Notes under the pieces: model-generated
Seen by the model: only the letters and a program-made list of their open reading frames with translations
Database searches by the model: none
Told to the model about the DNA's origin: nothing
Source: a virus
IMG/VR virus record: IMGVR_UViG_3300030061_003600
Length of the DNA stretch: 64,000 nt
Direction: 5' to 3' (one strand)
In this document: piece by piece, positions 1 to 9,841 of the stretch
Position numbering within the stretch: position 1 is the first letter of the stretch
Layout of the letters: every line of letters begins with the position of its first letter
Program-made: the position numbers and the translations under genes

Positions 1-34
1 TCTTTGGAAAATGAAATAACAAAATCAATGACAA

Positions 35-400
35 ATGGATGATTTAACAATAAAAATAAAAGTCAATAAAAAAATTGGCATTCCTGAATGGGAGAGATTT
101 GAGCAATTAGCAGATGATAAAGAAGATTTATGGAAGATTTTTTGGGCGATAAGTAATGATAAAAAAAATATAGTAAAAGACAACATATGTGCTATATCTT
201 ATTTTAATCGCTTTGTAATGCCATCATTGGAAAATCCTATGAGAGAATTTATTACTGAACAAATTTTAGACAAATCAGATATAGAAACAATTTTATCGTT
301 ATATGTAAGATTAATACCTCGCAATGCGTGTAAAACTTGTGACTGTGAGGAAAAGTTTTTAGATAAACTTCATAAACATCACGAATTAGACCAAATTTAA
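35..400 (+). CDS. hypothetical protein (121 aa)
   Basis: ORF tiles with the next gene; CxxCxC near C-terminus; no family recognised. Confidence 0.6.
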   Translation: MDDLTIKIKVNKKIGIPEWERFEQLADDKEDLWKIFWAISNDKKNIVKDNICAISYFNRFVMPSLENPMREFITEQILDKSDIETILSLYVRLIPRNACKTCDCEEKFLDKLHKHHELDQI

Positions 401-402
401 GT

Positions 403-807
403 ATGATAATATCAGGAAAAATATATTCACTTAATCAAGTAACAGATGATATTACAAATGTTGTTTTGGTTAAGAGTAGAAATAAAAAAGAGTATTTTGT
501 TTCAATACTTTGTTATTTTCATTTTTCCGATTTAGTAAAAAGATATTATTTAATGGGAGATTATGTCAAAATTTGGTTTAGAATAAGAAGTAATCAAAGG
601 ATGGGTCAAGACAATAAACCAAGATATTATACAGATGTTATAGCCGATAAGATGGTTTTGGTAAAACGAAAAGGGCTAAAAATTAAACGACTAACAAATG
701 AGTATGGAATGGAGGAAAAACACAAGTATGTTATAGAAGATACGGGTGAACTAATTCCTCAACATAGTGTAAAAAGTGCAATACAAGATAACCCAAATAG
801 AGATTGA
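403..807 (+). CDS. putative OB-fold ssDNA-binding protein (SSB/DUF3127-like)
   Basis: GDYVKIWFRIRSN...RYYTDVIADKM resembles the SSB-type OB-fold strand pattern. Confidence 0.45.
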   Translation: MIISGKIYSLNQVTDDITNVVLVKSRNKKEYFVSILCYFHFSDLVKRYYLMGDYVKIWFRIRSNQRMGQDNKPRYYTDVIADKMVLVKRKGLKIKRLTNEYGMEEKHKYVIEDTGELIPQHSVKSAIQDNPNRD

Positions 808-1096
808 CAAATCAGTAATGTGCTTTATTGCAATATCTGCTAACCAAGAAATAGCAGGAAAATGCTCTTTTAAAATAAGAGAAGGAAATATAATAAGATA
901 CCAAGATGCATATGTAAATGATTCGCACCGACAAAAGGGTATTTATGGACAACTATTTGATGCAAGACAAACATATGTGAATGAAAATTACCCAAACTAC
1001 AAAGTTGAAGCATTTTGTAGAGATACAACGGTAGAAAAGTTTAAGAATAATGGATTTGAAGTTAAAGGAAATTTATATTTAGTAGAAAAAAAATGA
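776..1096 (+). CDS. GNAT-family acetyltransferase
   Basis: AYVNDSHRQKGIYGQLF acetyl-CoA-binding motif A; FKNNGF motif B; GTG start. Confidence 0.75.
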   Translation: MQYKITQIEIDKSVMCFIAISANQEIAGKCSFKIREGNIIRYQDAYVNDSHRQKGIYGQLFDARQTYVNENYPNYKVEAFCRDTTVEKFKNNGFEVKGNLYLVEKK

Positions 1097-1911
1097 GATT
1101 AGGAGTAAGTTATAATGTATTTGATGGGGAAGAACATTTAGAGGAGTCAATATCCCGAATTAGAGAAAGCGTGGACTTTGTTTGCATAGTTTATCAAACA
1201 ACATCTAACTATGGCGAAAAAAGAGATGATTTAGAGCCATTTTTAGCCGATTTAAAGGTGCGGGGCTTGGTGGACTATATGTATTGTTATAATCCAAAAG
1301 AAGTTGAAGGAGGTAAAAGGGGAGAGATAAATGAAATTATTAAAAGAAATATAGGTAGGGATATATGTGTAAAAGTGGCAAATTGTACCCATCATATAAC
1401 ATTAGATTGTGATGAAATGTTTGTTTCTGAAGAATTTGAATGGGCAAAACAAGAGGTTATAAAAAACAATTATGACACTACTTATGTTTCTTATGATAAT
1501 TATTACAAAAAAAATAACCTTAAAATATGTCAATCTTCTTTTTTAAATAAAACAGGAATGAAAATAGGAAATTTAGGATATATTTCATTTATAGTAAAGT
1601 GCGATAAAAGACATTATGGTCAGGGAATATCTCCTGTTATAGTAGACCCAACAAGAACCATAGATTGTAATAAATTTGAGGTATTTAATAGAGGAAAGAT
1701 AAAAATGCATCATTATTCTTACATAAGAAATAGTGAAGAGAGTTTAAGAAGAAAATTAAATAACACTTCTTTTAAGCAGCATCAGGCGGCAGAAACCGGA
1801 ATAGAAAAGGTGGTTCAAAATTTCATTAATTACAAAGATGGAGAAAAAGCAAGTATAATGTGGCTAAATGGGTGTTTAGAAATAGATTTAATAAATGTTA
1901 AAAGTGATTAA
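1093..1911 (+). CDS. GT-A fold (GT2-like) glycosyltransferase
   Basis: N-terminal VSYNVFDGEEHLEESI strand-helix, EIIKRN, DxD motif LDCDE. Confidence 0.7.
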   Translation: MRLGVSYNVFDGEEHLEESISRIRESVDFVCIVYQTTSNYGEKRDDLEPFLADLKVRGLVDYMYCYNPKEVEGGKRGEINEIIKRNIGRDICVKVANCTHHITLDCDEMFVSEEFEWAKQEVIKNNYDTTYVSYDNYYKKNNLKICQSSFLNKTGMKIGNLGYISFIVKCDKRHYGQGISPVIVDPTRTIDCNKFEVFNRGKIKMHHYSYIRNSEESLRRKLNNTSFKQHQAAETGIEKVVQNFINYKDGEKASIMWLNGCLEIDLINVKSD

Positions 1912-2128
1912 AAAATTATTCTCTAAAATAACAATAAAGAAAATTATATTTCCTCAAATATATTGTGTTAGTCCCAAAATTATACGCAATCCGTGGTTGT
2001 TTTTGCCGCTTTGTGTTATATTTTTTTTATATAATATAGCGTGTTTATCTATATATTTTGTATCGCTTTTTTTGATTTTTTGTGTATTTTTTTTAGTTGA
2101 AAAGTTGAAAAAAATTATGAAACAATAG
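1895..2128 (+). CDS. small membrane protein
   Basis: Long hydrophobic stretch in C-terminal half; overlaps the upstream stop. Confidence 0.5.
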   Translation: MLKVIKKLFSKITIKKIIFPQIYCVSPKIIRNPWLFLPLCVIFFLYNIACLSIYFVSLFLIFCVFFLVEKLKKIMKQ

Positions 2129-2336
2129 TCACATTATTTTCTTGCTTTTTATCTTCTAATTTTGACACCCTATCTTCTAAATCTTTACTATGGTCTATTG
2201 ATTTTAACCACTTACGATAGAAGGTGAGTTGATAAAATATGACCGCAAGAGTAAGACCAAAAAAAGCCACGCTAATTGGAGAAATATCTCCACTTTCTGT
2301 GGTAAATTGTTTAGGTAAAATCTTTCCGTTTTTCAT
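2115..2336 (-). CDS. single-TM protein with short coiled coil; the only credible minus-strand gene
   Basis: Fills a gap with no + ORF; TM ISVAFFGLTLAVIFYQL then LEDRVSKLED. Confidence 0.55.
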   Translation of the reverse strand: MKNGKILPKQFTTESGDISPISVAFFGLTLAVIFYQLTFYRKWLKSIDHSKDLEDRVSKLEDKKQENNVTIVS

Positions 2337-2423
2337 AAAAATATGTTTTTTTATTTTTCAAGTTTTGATAAAAACCACTAAAAACTTGTTCTATTAAGGT
2401 GGTAAATATACGAATATATTTTC

Positions 2424-2431
2424 TATTTTTG
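2424..2431 (+). promoter_or_regulatory. Bacteroidota-type -7 promoter element TATTTTTG
   Basis: Matches TAnnTTTG, 7 nt before the ATG at 2439, in a divergent intergenic gap. Confidence 0.55.
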
Positions 2432-2438
2432 TATCATT

Positions 2439-3026
2439 ATGAGTGCAAAAGGAGGATTTACAATAGGACCATCACACGCAGAGGGTGGAATACCAATGAC
2501 CGTAAAATCAACGGGTCAGAAAATTGAGGTTGAGGGTGGAGAAGGTATTATCAATAAAAAATCTATGGCGGATAATCGTAAATTCAAAGTGGAAGGAACA
2601 CCAAAGCAAATAGCATCTGCGATAAACGAAATAGATGGTAATGGAGTGAGTTTTGATAAAGGAGCCCAAATTACAATGTTTCGCAGAGGGGGAATAATGT
2701 ACGAGCCACAGGTTTGCGATAGATATGCAAAATCTTGTGGAGAATATGATTTTTATGTATCAGATGGTGGCGAAAGTAAAAAAATAGGAGGAATTAAAAC
2801 AAAACCCAATTATTCTAATCCCCAAATGCTAAACATAGAAAAAATTAATATAGATGAAGATTTTTCCAATCCTCATACTTATAAATTCTACACCCAAGCC
2901 GTAATAGATGCATCAAAGAAAAAGGGTGCAGTTATAAACATTGAGTGTTTAGATGATAAGTGTATGTCCTCTTTGATTGACATAAGTGAGATGAATGATG
3001 ATTGCGACAAACTAACAATAAGATAA
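2439..3026 (+). CDS. protein with GPSHxxGGI...EVEGGE N-terminal domain and GG motifs
   Basis: SAKGG, GPSHAEGGIP, EVEGGEGIINKKS, MFRRGG followed by an unrelated domain. Confidence 0.6.
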   Translation: MSAKGGFTIGPSHAEGGIPMTVKSTGQKIEVEGGEGIINKKSMADNRKFKVEGTPKQIASAINEIDGNGVSFDKGAQITMFRRGGIMYEPQVCDRYAKSCGEYDFYVSDGGESKKIGGIKTKPNYSNPQMLNIEKINIDEDFSNPHTYKFYTQAVIDASKKKGAVINIECLDDKCMSSLIDISEMNDDCDKLTIR

Positions 3027-3032
3027 AAAATT

Positions 3033-5300
3033 ATGGCATTAAATAAGTCGGAAAAAGACAAAGTAGGAACCGATACTCTAAAAACAATTTTACAACTTGT
3101 AAGATATGATATTCCGGTTTTAGTAGTAGGTAAATCATCAATAGGAAAGTCATATACTTTGATAGAATTAACACAAAAATGGAGAGTTCCATCTTCTATG
3201 CTTTACATTGGTTCAGAAAAACCCGAAAATATAGAGGGTTTGGCTAAATTGATAAGCGATGATTATGATACGAAGCGAGATGATAAAGGGCAAAAAATAA
3301 GAACAGGAGAAGATATTTTAAAATTCTTAAAACCATATTGGTTCCCAAATACAAGCACTATTTCAACGCAAGTAGCAAACGGGCAAAGAATTTTTGATGA
3401 TTATATAAAAGTTTATGATAAGCCCGGAACTAAATTCAGGTATTCATATAAAATTCTACATCAGATATTAATATGTTTAATGGATGTTGATTATCCTGAA
3501 GGAGAGCAAGAAGTAGATGCAATTTTAGTGGATAGCGGAAACAACAATTTATCAGATGTTACAGGTGCTCCTGAAACCCTAAATACGACACCATTTATAT
3601 TTAAAAAGAGCCCTGATACGGCAATTCAAGCAGAAAGTGCTTATGAATATACTTTAAATGCTTTAGAGGCGGGTAGAGATGATATTAGAGATTTATGTAT
3701 GTATTTATGCACCCTTTTAGGGTATGGAAATTATTGGCTAATTCTTGATGAGTTAGACAAGGTGGGAGAAAACGAAACAGAAAAATATGCACCGCTTTTA
3801 CACATTGTTAGAGAAAGAACATTGAAAAGTTGGACTATGAAAGAAATAAACAATAAAAAGGGAATGCCAATTCCTCTTAAAGTTGATTATGGAGATTATA
3901 GTAGTATGGCGGATTTAATTCGTAAACAAATTTCGGAAGGACTTCCTTTAATGGATTGTAGAATAATAGGAATTGCTAACGCAACAAAAGACATTGAGGA
4001 AGCATTATTTAGAAGATTTTGTCAAATTGTTATGAGAAGCACAATGGCTTTATATCCACCCGACAATGAAGCAAATAAGGTTATGGAGTGTGTAGATGAA
4101 TTTTTACCAAACAGAATGGATGTTTCGTTATTATTGAAAAAAGTCGCCTTTCTTGATGAAGTAAACTTGCAATGGCAATATAGTTTTTTACCAAAAATTT
4201 TAAATAATACAGATACAAGTGGAAATTTCTTTTATCAAAACTTTAATTCATATTTCCAACAACTTATTAAATCTTCACAAGGAAATAAACAAGGAGCCGT
4301 AAATAGATTGGCGGCAGATGAGGATGTGTTTAATAAAACGGCTTGGGGAATGATATGGAGAGATAATTATTTAGGAGGAAAATCAAATTACAAAAAAGAC
4401 CCGGGACTTGCGGACTATTATCAAAGTATGGGTAACCTTTGGCTTTGTTTAGCAAAAGAATTTTATGAAGGAAGCGAGGAAGATACAGTCGGAGCAAAAA
4501 TAGCCGGTGCCACTAAAGTTGGGGCAGGTAAAATGACTCCAACAATGAGGTTAAGAAATGAAATAGCAGAAGCATTTAAAACATACGGAGATTTGTATTT
4601 TGATAATTTACAAAATGAATTATTTAATTCGTATGCAACAACTCGTGGAAACCCATCTGCATTATCAGCGTGGACTGTAAATGCATTACAATACATACAA
4701 GCGGCAAATGAAAATGAAGCAGGTGATTATGACCAATTGGCAGGAGTGGGTGATAAAATGCTTCCATTTATTTATCAGCAAATAATGATAAATTTAAGAG
4801 GAGATACTAAAATAGATTCAGATTTATTTACGCAACAAATGATAGAGGTAGATAAATTCTTTACCAAATTTTTAAATAAAGAAGGGGAAATAGGAACCCA
4901 CACCTTAAAAGTAGATGCCGACCAAACAGAAAAATTAATGTTTGGAGAAACTAAAAGCCGATTAAGAGGGATGAAACCTGCACAAAGAAAAGTTCAAGAG
5001 AAGCAAGGGTTATATGGTTTAGAAAATTATGATGAGTCCCTGTCTTTAAGTTTATATATAAGATATTACTTAATTGGTGCTTTATCAGGTTTTTATGACT
5101 CTGTATTAGGAAATAATGAGAGGTATATTGAATTTTTACAAGAAAGCAAAAAGGGTGGAAAAACTGAAAAAGTAATGAACTTTTTTAGAAACCCAAGAAT
5201 TAAAGATGTTTTAGTTAAATTTTATAATGGAAGTTTAACGGAAAGTCAGAAGGAAAGTGCTAATGGAGTAAGATTAAAAGAATTAATGGAAAGATTATAA
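3033..5300 (+). CDS. MoxR-like AAA+ ATPase
   Basis: Walker A GKSSIGKS, Walker B LILDELD, sensor IIGIAN, arginine finger EALFRRF; adjacent vWA genes. Confidence 0.85.
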   Translation: MALNKSEKDKVGTDTLKTILQLVRYDIPVLVVGKSSIGKSYTLIELTQKWRVPSSMLYIGSEKPENIEGLAKLISDDYDTKRDDKGQKIRTGEDILKFLKPYWFPNTSTISTQVANGQRIFDDYIKVYDKPGTKFRYSYKILHQILICLMDVDYPEGEQEVDAILVDSGNNNLSDVTGAPETLNTTPFIFKKSPDTAIQAESAYEYTLNALEAGRDDIRDLCMYLCTLLGYGNYWLILDELDKVGENETEKYAPLLHIVRERTLKSWTMKEINNKKGMPIPLKVDYGDYSSMADLIRKQISEGLPLMDCRIIGIANATKDIEEALFRRFCQIVMRSTMALYPPDNEANKVMECVDEFLPNRMDVSLLLKKVAFLDEVNLQWQYSFLPKILNNTDTSGNFFYQNFNSYFQQLIKSSQGNKQGAVNRLAADEDVFNKTAWGMIWRDNYLGGKSNYKKDPGLADYYQSMGNLWLCLAKEFYEGSEEDTVGAKIAGATKVGAGKMTPTMRLRNEIAEAFKTYGDLYFDNLQNELFNSYATTRGNPSALSAWTVNALQYIQAANENEAGDYDQLAGVGDKMLPFIYQQIMINLRGDTKIDSDLFTQQMIEVDKFFTKFLNKEGEIGTHTLKVDADQTEKLMFGETKSRLRGMKPAQRKVQEKQGLYGLENYDESLSLSLYIRYYLIGALSGFYDSVLGNNERYIEFLQESKKGGKTEKVMNFFRNPRIKDVLVKFYNGSLTESQKESANGVRLKELMERL

Positions 5301-6823
5301 TGCAGGAACACAAGTATTATACAGATTGGGATAGGTTTTGGGACTTTTATATGAATAGTGTAAAAGAGGATGTTGGCGAAAAAAGGTTTGCTGCATTAGA
5401 AAATAGTTCCTCAAGGTTAGCCCAAACACTTAAAAGAATTAAAGATGATTTTAGGTTGGGTGTTCTTGATGACCTAATAAGGGAGGCAGGAATGATACCT
5501 GATAAAATACTTTTAAAGTATGACCCAAAAGCAACCACTTTTTACTCTGCATATTCAAGAAAAAGAAAAAGGTTTTATATAGGTTATCCTACTTTTACTA
5601 AATATATGTGTTATTGGGAACCGGCAATGAAAGCCGCATTTAGACACGAAATGGGACACATATTAAGAGGTGATTGTTTACTTACTATGCCCTTTAGTGA
5701 TGTTCGTAATTCTAATTGTTGTATGGATATTAGAATAAATGACCAACTTGGTAGAGATGGGCTTTTAGAGGTGTATAAGTGTATGAACTTTAAGGATAAA
5801 GACAGAGAATTATTGGTTCCTGAACAACAATTTGGAAAAATTGATTTGCCTTATGATGAAGAAAATCCATATATACCTGAATGGTGGATTATAGCAAATA
5901 AATTTAATCAAGCCAACAAAAGGCAAAGAGAAGATAATGAAAAAGGAAAGGATAAAGAACCTCCAAAAGATTTTCAAGTAGGAGATTATGTAATAATAGA
6001 CACTTCAAATTCAGAATACGATGGAGAACCGGGAAAAATTGTAGATATAGATGCTGATGGAGAATATGTAATTGAAAGCATTAGTGAGGAAGAATTCAAT
6101 ATGGTAATGAATGCGGTAAAATCTTCAAGAATGCAATTAATACAAAGTGGAGATGTTATGGGGGTATTTAAAAAGGGTGAGATAATTTCAATGATACCCG
6201 AAGAAGAAGGACAAGAGGGTAGTTATGGAGATGATGGAAGTGAAGATGGACAAGGTGGAGATTCCGGAGGAGATGATGATGATGATGGAGAAGGTGGTGA
6301 AAGTGGAGAAGGAGGAGAAAGCGGAGAAAGTTCAGATGATAACAAAAAGAAAACACCGGAGGAAATAATAAAAGAAAAAGAAGAAATACTTGAAGATTTG
6401 TTAAACGGAGGAGTAGATGGAACAAATGAGGGAGATTCCGTGTGGTCAGATGAATTAAGTGAAGATGAAGAGCAAGAGGAAGATTCAGGAAGTAAGGTTA
6501 ATGAAGAAAGCGAAGAAGAAACCCAAGGAAATGCAGGAGAAGAAAATGAGGAAGAAAAAGAGTCAGGAAAAGGTGCTCAAGGAAAAGAAGAAGATGAAAT
6601 ATCAGATGAAATAGATGATGTTCCGGATTGGACAGATGAGCAGGTAAAAAGAAGAGAAGAGGTAGAGGAAAAAATAAAAGATATTAACTTAAAAAACAAT
6701 ATAAATAAGTCAATAAGTAATTTTAAAAACATAAAACAAAAGCACCAAGATAAACTATCTGAAAAAGAGATGATGCATATTGATAGTGCTTTGAATGAAT
6801 TAGAAACACTATTAAAAGATTAG
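5300..6823 (+). CDS. vWA-associated metallopeptidase-like protein (DUF2201 N-terminal type) with SH3/KOW-like insert and acidic tail
   Basis: HExxH in FRHEMGHILRG, downstream NCCMDIRIN; FQVGDYVII..PGKIVDI barrel; long D/E/G-rich region. Confidence 0.7.
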   Translation: MQEHKYYTDWDRFWDFYMNSVKEDVGEKRFAALENSSSRLAQTLKRIKDDFRLGVLDDLIREAGMIPDKILLKYDPKATTFYSAYSRKRKRFYIGYPTFTKYMCYWEPAMKAAFRHEMGHILRGDCLLTMPFSDVRNSNCCMDIRINDQLGRDGLLEVYKCMNFKDKDRELLVPEQQFGKIDLPYDEENPYIPEWWIIANKFNQANKRQREDNEKGKDKEPPKDFQVGDYVIIDTSNSEYDGEPGKIVDIDADGEYVIESISEEEFNMVMNAVKSSRMQLIQSGDVMGVFKKGEIISMIPEEEGQEGSYGDDGSEDGQGGDSGGDDDDDGEGGESGEGGESGESSDDNKKKTPEEIIKEKEEILEDLLNGGVDGTNEGDSVWSDELSEDEEQEEDSGSKVNEESEEETQGNAGEENEEEKESGKGAQGKEEDEISDEIDDVPDWTDEQVKRREEVEEKIKDINLKNNINKSISNFKNIKQKHQDKLSEKEMMHIDSALNELETLLKD

Positions 6824-6826
6824 ATT

Positions 6827-7042
6827 ATGTGGAACAACACACCAAGAAGATTAAGTGCACAAGACAGAATGAACATATGCAGCCGATGTCCGTTCTCAAA
6901 ACAAACTTTCGGAGTAGGATTAACTTGTGGAACACTATTAAGACCGGAATATGATAGAATGGGAAATAAATTAACCTGCGGATGTATATTAAAAGCAAAG
7001 ACACTACTGCCAAATGAAAAGTGTCCGCAAAATAAATGGTAA
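6827..7042 (+). CDS. small Cys-rich putative zinc-binding protein
   Basis: CSRCPF...CG...CGCILKAKT...CPQNKW. Confidence 0.7.
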   Translation: MWNNTPRRLSAQDRMNICSRCPFSKQTFGVGLTCGTLLRPEYDRMGNKLTCGCILKAKTLLPNEKCPQNKW

Positions 7043-8085
7043 TGAACTATAAAGAAAGAGAGGAAAAATATAATAACATTATTTCAGGTTTAAATGAAAA
7101 CCTTGAAGGTCTTGTCAGCAGATTAAAGGATGACATAAAGACCCAAAATAAGATATTAAATCCGATTACGGCAGAAATGCCGGACTCTTGTGGTTCAATG
7201 GAGTATAATGCATTTAATGAAGATGAACAATTAACGGCAGAAGATTTAAGAGATGTAAGAGAAGCAGAATTTAACATCGGAGAAATTAAAGCAGAGATAT
7301 TAAATAACAAAATTAAATTTCCTGATTCCGAGTATATTATACCGCCTGATAGTGTTGGAGAGGGCAAAGGAGAAGTTATGGGAACTATGGCAGTACCGGA
7401 AAGCGAGGGAGGAGAGCCGGAATGGTTTGGAGAAATAGAAGCAGGTATTGGAGAATTAATTGGTATGCCACGAATGGGAAGAAAGCATATAGATTATGAG
7501 GGGGCACAAACTTATATATCACAAGGTGTAGCAGTTTTTAGAAAGGCAAAAAACAAAATAGTAGATGATGATAAAGAGGTTATAGTTTTGCTTGACCAAT
7601 CAGGAAGTATGGGAAGTTATACAGAGGCAGGAGTTTCATTTTTAGACCTATTATCTCAATTCATACCTGATTTAGCAAAAAAGTATTCAGGTCAAATGTG
7701 GGTATGTGATGATTGTAAAATGAGTGATTACGAAAAAGACCCAAAGTTTGGTGTGCCTAACTCTGAAGAACCACTAAAAGATGTAGATAAAAGCATAATT
7801 TATCACGGAGGAGGAGGAACCAATTTTGAGGGAGCATTTAGAAAACTTGGAGATATTGAAAGAACAAAACAAAAAGAAAACCCTGACTATGAAATGTGTT
7901 TGATATTTTTTAGTGATATGTTTATTGGAAAAAGTGAATTTAAGAACTATAAGAAATATGGACCTACTAATCAAATTTGGGTTACTGCTAAAGGAAGCAG
8001 AAAAATTCTTGAAGATAGAGCCCCTTGGGTTCGTAATGACAAGAACATAAAAGAAGTTTATATTGATATGATAAAAACGAAATAA
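7036..8085 (+). CDS. von Willebrand factor A domain protein (DUF2201-like)
   Basis: MIDAS LLDQSGSM, GGGTNF, IFFSDM. Confidence 0.85.
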   Translation: MVMNYKEREEKYNNIISGLNENLEGLVSRLKDDIKTQNKILNPITAEMPDSCGSMEYNAFNEDEQLTAEDLRDVREAEFNIGEIKAEILNNKIKFPDSEYIIPPDSVGEGKGEVMGTMAVPESEGGEPEWFGEIEAGIGELIGMPRMGRKHIDYEGAQTYISQGVAVFRKAKNKIVDDDKEVIVLLDQSGSMGSYTEAGVSFLDLLSQFIPDLAKKYSGQMWVCDDCKMSDYEKDPKFGVPNSEEPLKDVDKSIIYHGGGGTNFEGAFRKLGDIERTKQKENPDYEMCLIFFSDMFIGKSEFKNYKKYGPTNQIWVTAKGSRKILEDRAPWVRNDKNIKEVYIDMIKTK

Positions 8086-8088
8086 GAA

Positions 8089-8802
8089 ATGGACTTTAAA
8101 GAGGTAAGAGAATTAAATGATAGAATAGAAAGAGTGGTAAAATCTTTACCCCAAGATTACTATGCCTCAAAGGAAGAGATTTCTTTTTATAAAAGATATA
8201 CCCGATGTGATGACTTTATTCTTTCATATGATTTAATAAATGACATATGGGAATGGATGAGGGGGGAGATAATAAATTATTCAGTAGAAGGAGATAAACA
8301 GGTTCCAAGCCCGGTTAGTGTTTTGCATACTAATAGCGGTGCAGGTAGAATGTTAGATATGGCACCTTCAAATAGCGTGATAACTGCATACAATTTAAGT
8401 TACATCTGTAAAAGGATAACTGATTTTGTATGTCAGAAGAGAGATGAGGATGGATTATATTTTTCTAATGAAAGAGATATATCGCAATACTTTGCTATAT
8501 GCAACACTAATTCTTCAAGAAAATATAACATTGTAATTACTCAACCAAATGAGGATATGACCTTTTATAAGTCAATAGATAATAATAAAGAGGTGGGAGA
8601 TTTTTCTCCTCTTGAATACTATGTAAAAAGAGGTTCACACTTTGTAAATAAAGATGGTTATTTAGTGGTTATTTACACTCCAAACTCGGATTTCACAAAA
8701 AGAGAGATGGAAGATTTGTCAGGAATGAAATTAGTTAAACAATTTAAAGATAAGAAGTTAGAATATATTTCTTATGAAGCAATTATATTAAAAAAGGAAT
8801 AG
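8089..8802 (+). CDS. degenerate N6-adenine DNA methyltransferase-fold protein
   Basis: Motif I-like VLHTNSGAGRML; motif IV position reads YNIVITQPNE rather than NPPY/F. Confidence 0.55.
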   Translation: MDFKEVRELNDRIERVVKSLPQDYYASKEEISFYKRYTRCDDFILSYDLINDIWEWMRGEIINYSVEGDKQVPSPVSVLHTNSGAGRMLDMAPSNSVITAYNLSYICKRITDFVCQKRDEDGLYFSNERDISQYFAICNTNSSRKYNIVITQPNEDMTFYKSIDNNKEVGDFSPLEYYVKRGSHFVNKDGYLVVIYTPNSDFTKREMEDLSGMKLVKQFKDKKLEYISYEAIILKKE

Positions 8803-9243
8803 ATGAGAAAGAAATTATGGTTTAATCAAGTAGGACCGGATATAAATGCATCCTTTACTCCCAACATAGACAACACTTCGTTGTGGTCACTTCCGGGAGG
8901 GGGAAACATAAATCCTTATTTTAGTGATGATGACCAAGCAGATGTTTTAGACACAGAGCCAAATGAAACCTACGAAGAGGATATGCCTTCTCTTCCTGTG
9001 GGAGATACAATAGATAAATTTGACCCAATGGGAAATATGCATTATTCACACCCATTTGATGAGTCGGGAGTTCCTGAAGAGGTTAATATAACTATTGAAA
9101 CGGGGCATTGCAATTTTATGGACTCTGAAATAGAAACTCTTTATTCAGATTTAAATTTCGCAAGAAGCCAAGAAGAAGTGGACAAGATTTATAAGAAAAT
9201 AGAAACTTTAGAAGAAATGATAAGTAATCAAAAATGTAATTAA
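8803..9243 (+). CDS. hypothetical acidic protein with LWFNQVG N-terminal motif
   Basis: N-terminus matches those of 53278 (LWFNQAG) and 60593 (LWFGQAG). Confidence 0.65.
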   Translation: MRKKLWFNQVGPDINASFTPNIDNTSLWSLPGGGNINPYFSDDDQADVLDTEPNETYEEDMPSLPVGDTIDKFDPMGNMHYSHPFDESGVPEEVNITIETGHCNFMDSEIETLYSDLNFARSQEEVDKIYKKIETLEEMISNQKCN

Positions 9244-9255
9244 AAAATAAAAAAT

Positions 9256-9525
9256 ATGGCTTATTTAGCACCAAATTTTAAAATAGATACAACCGAAAAT
9301 AGTTCAATAGATTTTTTAGAAGCAAAAACTGCTGAAGGAAAAGAAATTGTAGGATATGAGGAGAGAGAATTAATAGGTAAAACAGACCGAGATTTAGATG
9401 TCGTTAAAACAGAAAAACTAAATATGGCAAAGTTTACAAAAAACTTGCCTTTATGTAAAGGACCTGAAAATAAGTATTGGACTTTAAATGATGATGGAGA
9501 TTTAACACTTGAATATATTAAATAA
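9256..9525 (+). CDS. hypothetical protein (89 aa)
   Basis: A-rich start context; tiles with neighbours. Confidence 0.6.
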   Translation: MAYLAPNFKIDTTENSSIDFLEAKTAEGKEIVGYEERELIGKTDRDLDVVKTEKLNMAKFTKNLPLCKGPENKYWTLNDDGDLTLEYIK

Positions 9526-9767
9526 TGGAATTGCCAAAATTGTATAGTATAAAAAATATGCAGCAAAAGAAAGAAATTGTTGCAAATATCGTAGAGAAAT
9601 TAAGCCGTTTAGATGCGGAAAGGTTTCCTAATATATGTATGCAAATTGATAATGATAATAGTAAGGTAGAGTTGATAGATACAATTATAACAAACATATA
9701 TAGTCCAATGGGAGTATATAGCGTAGAAGATGCAATTTCTTCTATTGAAGTGACATTGAACAATTAA
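9525..9767 (+). CDS. hypothetical protein (80 aa)
   Basis: Stop/start overlap with the upstream gene. Confidence 0.6.
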   Translation: MELPKLYSIKNMQQKKEIVANIVEKLSRLDAERFPNICMQIDNDNSKVELIDTIITNIYSPMGVYSVEDAISSIEVTLNN

Positions 9768-9841
9768 ATATTGCAAGAATTTTAGATTATATAAGCGAAA
9801 TAGTAGGGCAACTTAATGACAACATTGATTACAATGAAATC

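Noticed and set aside
2439-3026. Tape measure protein
   Set aside because: Only 195 aa with no long helical repeats, and no tail genes nearby
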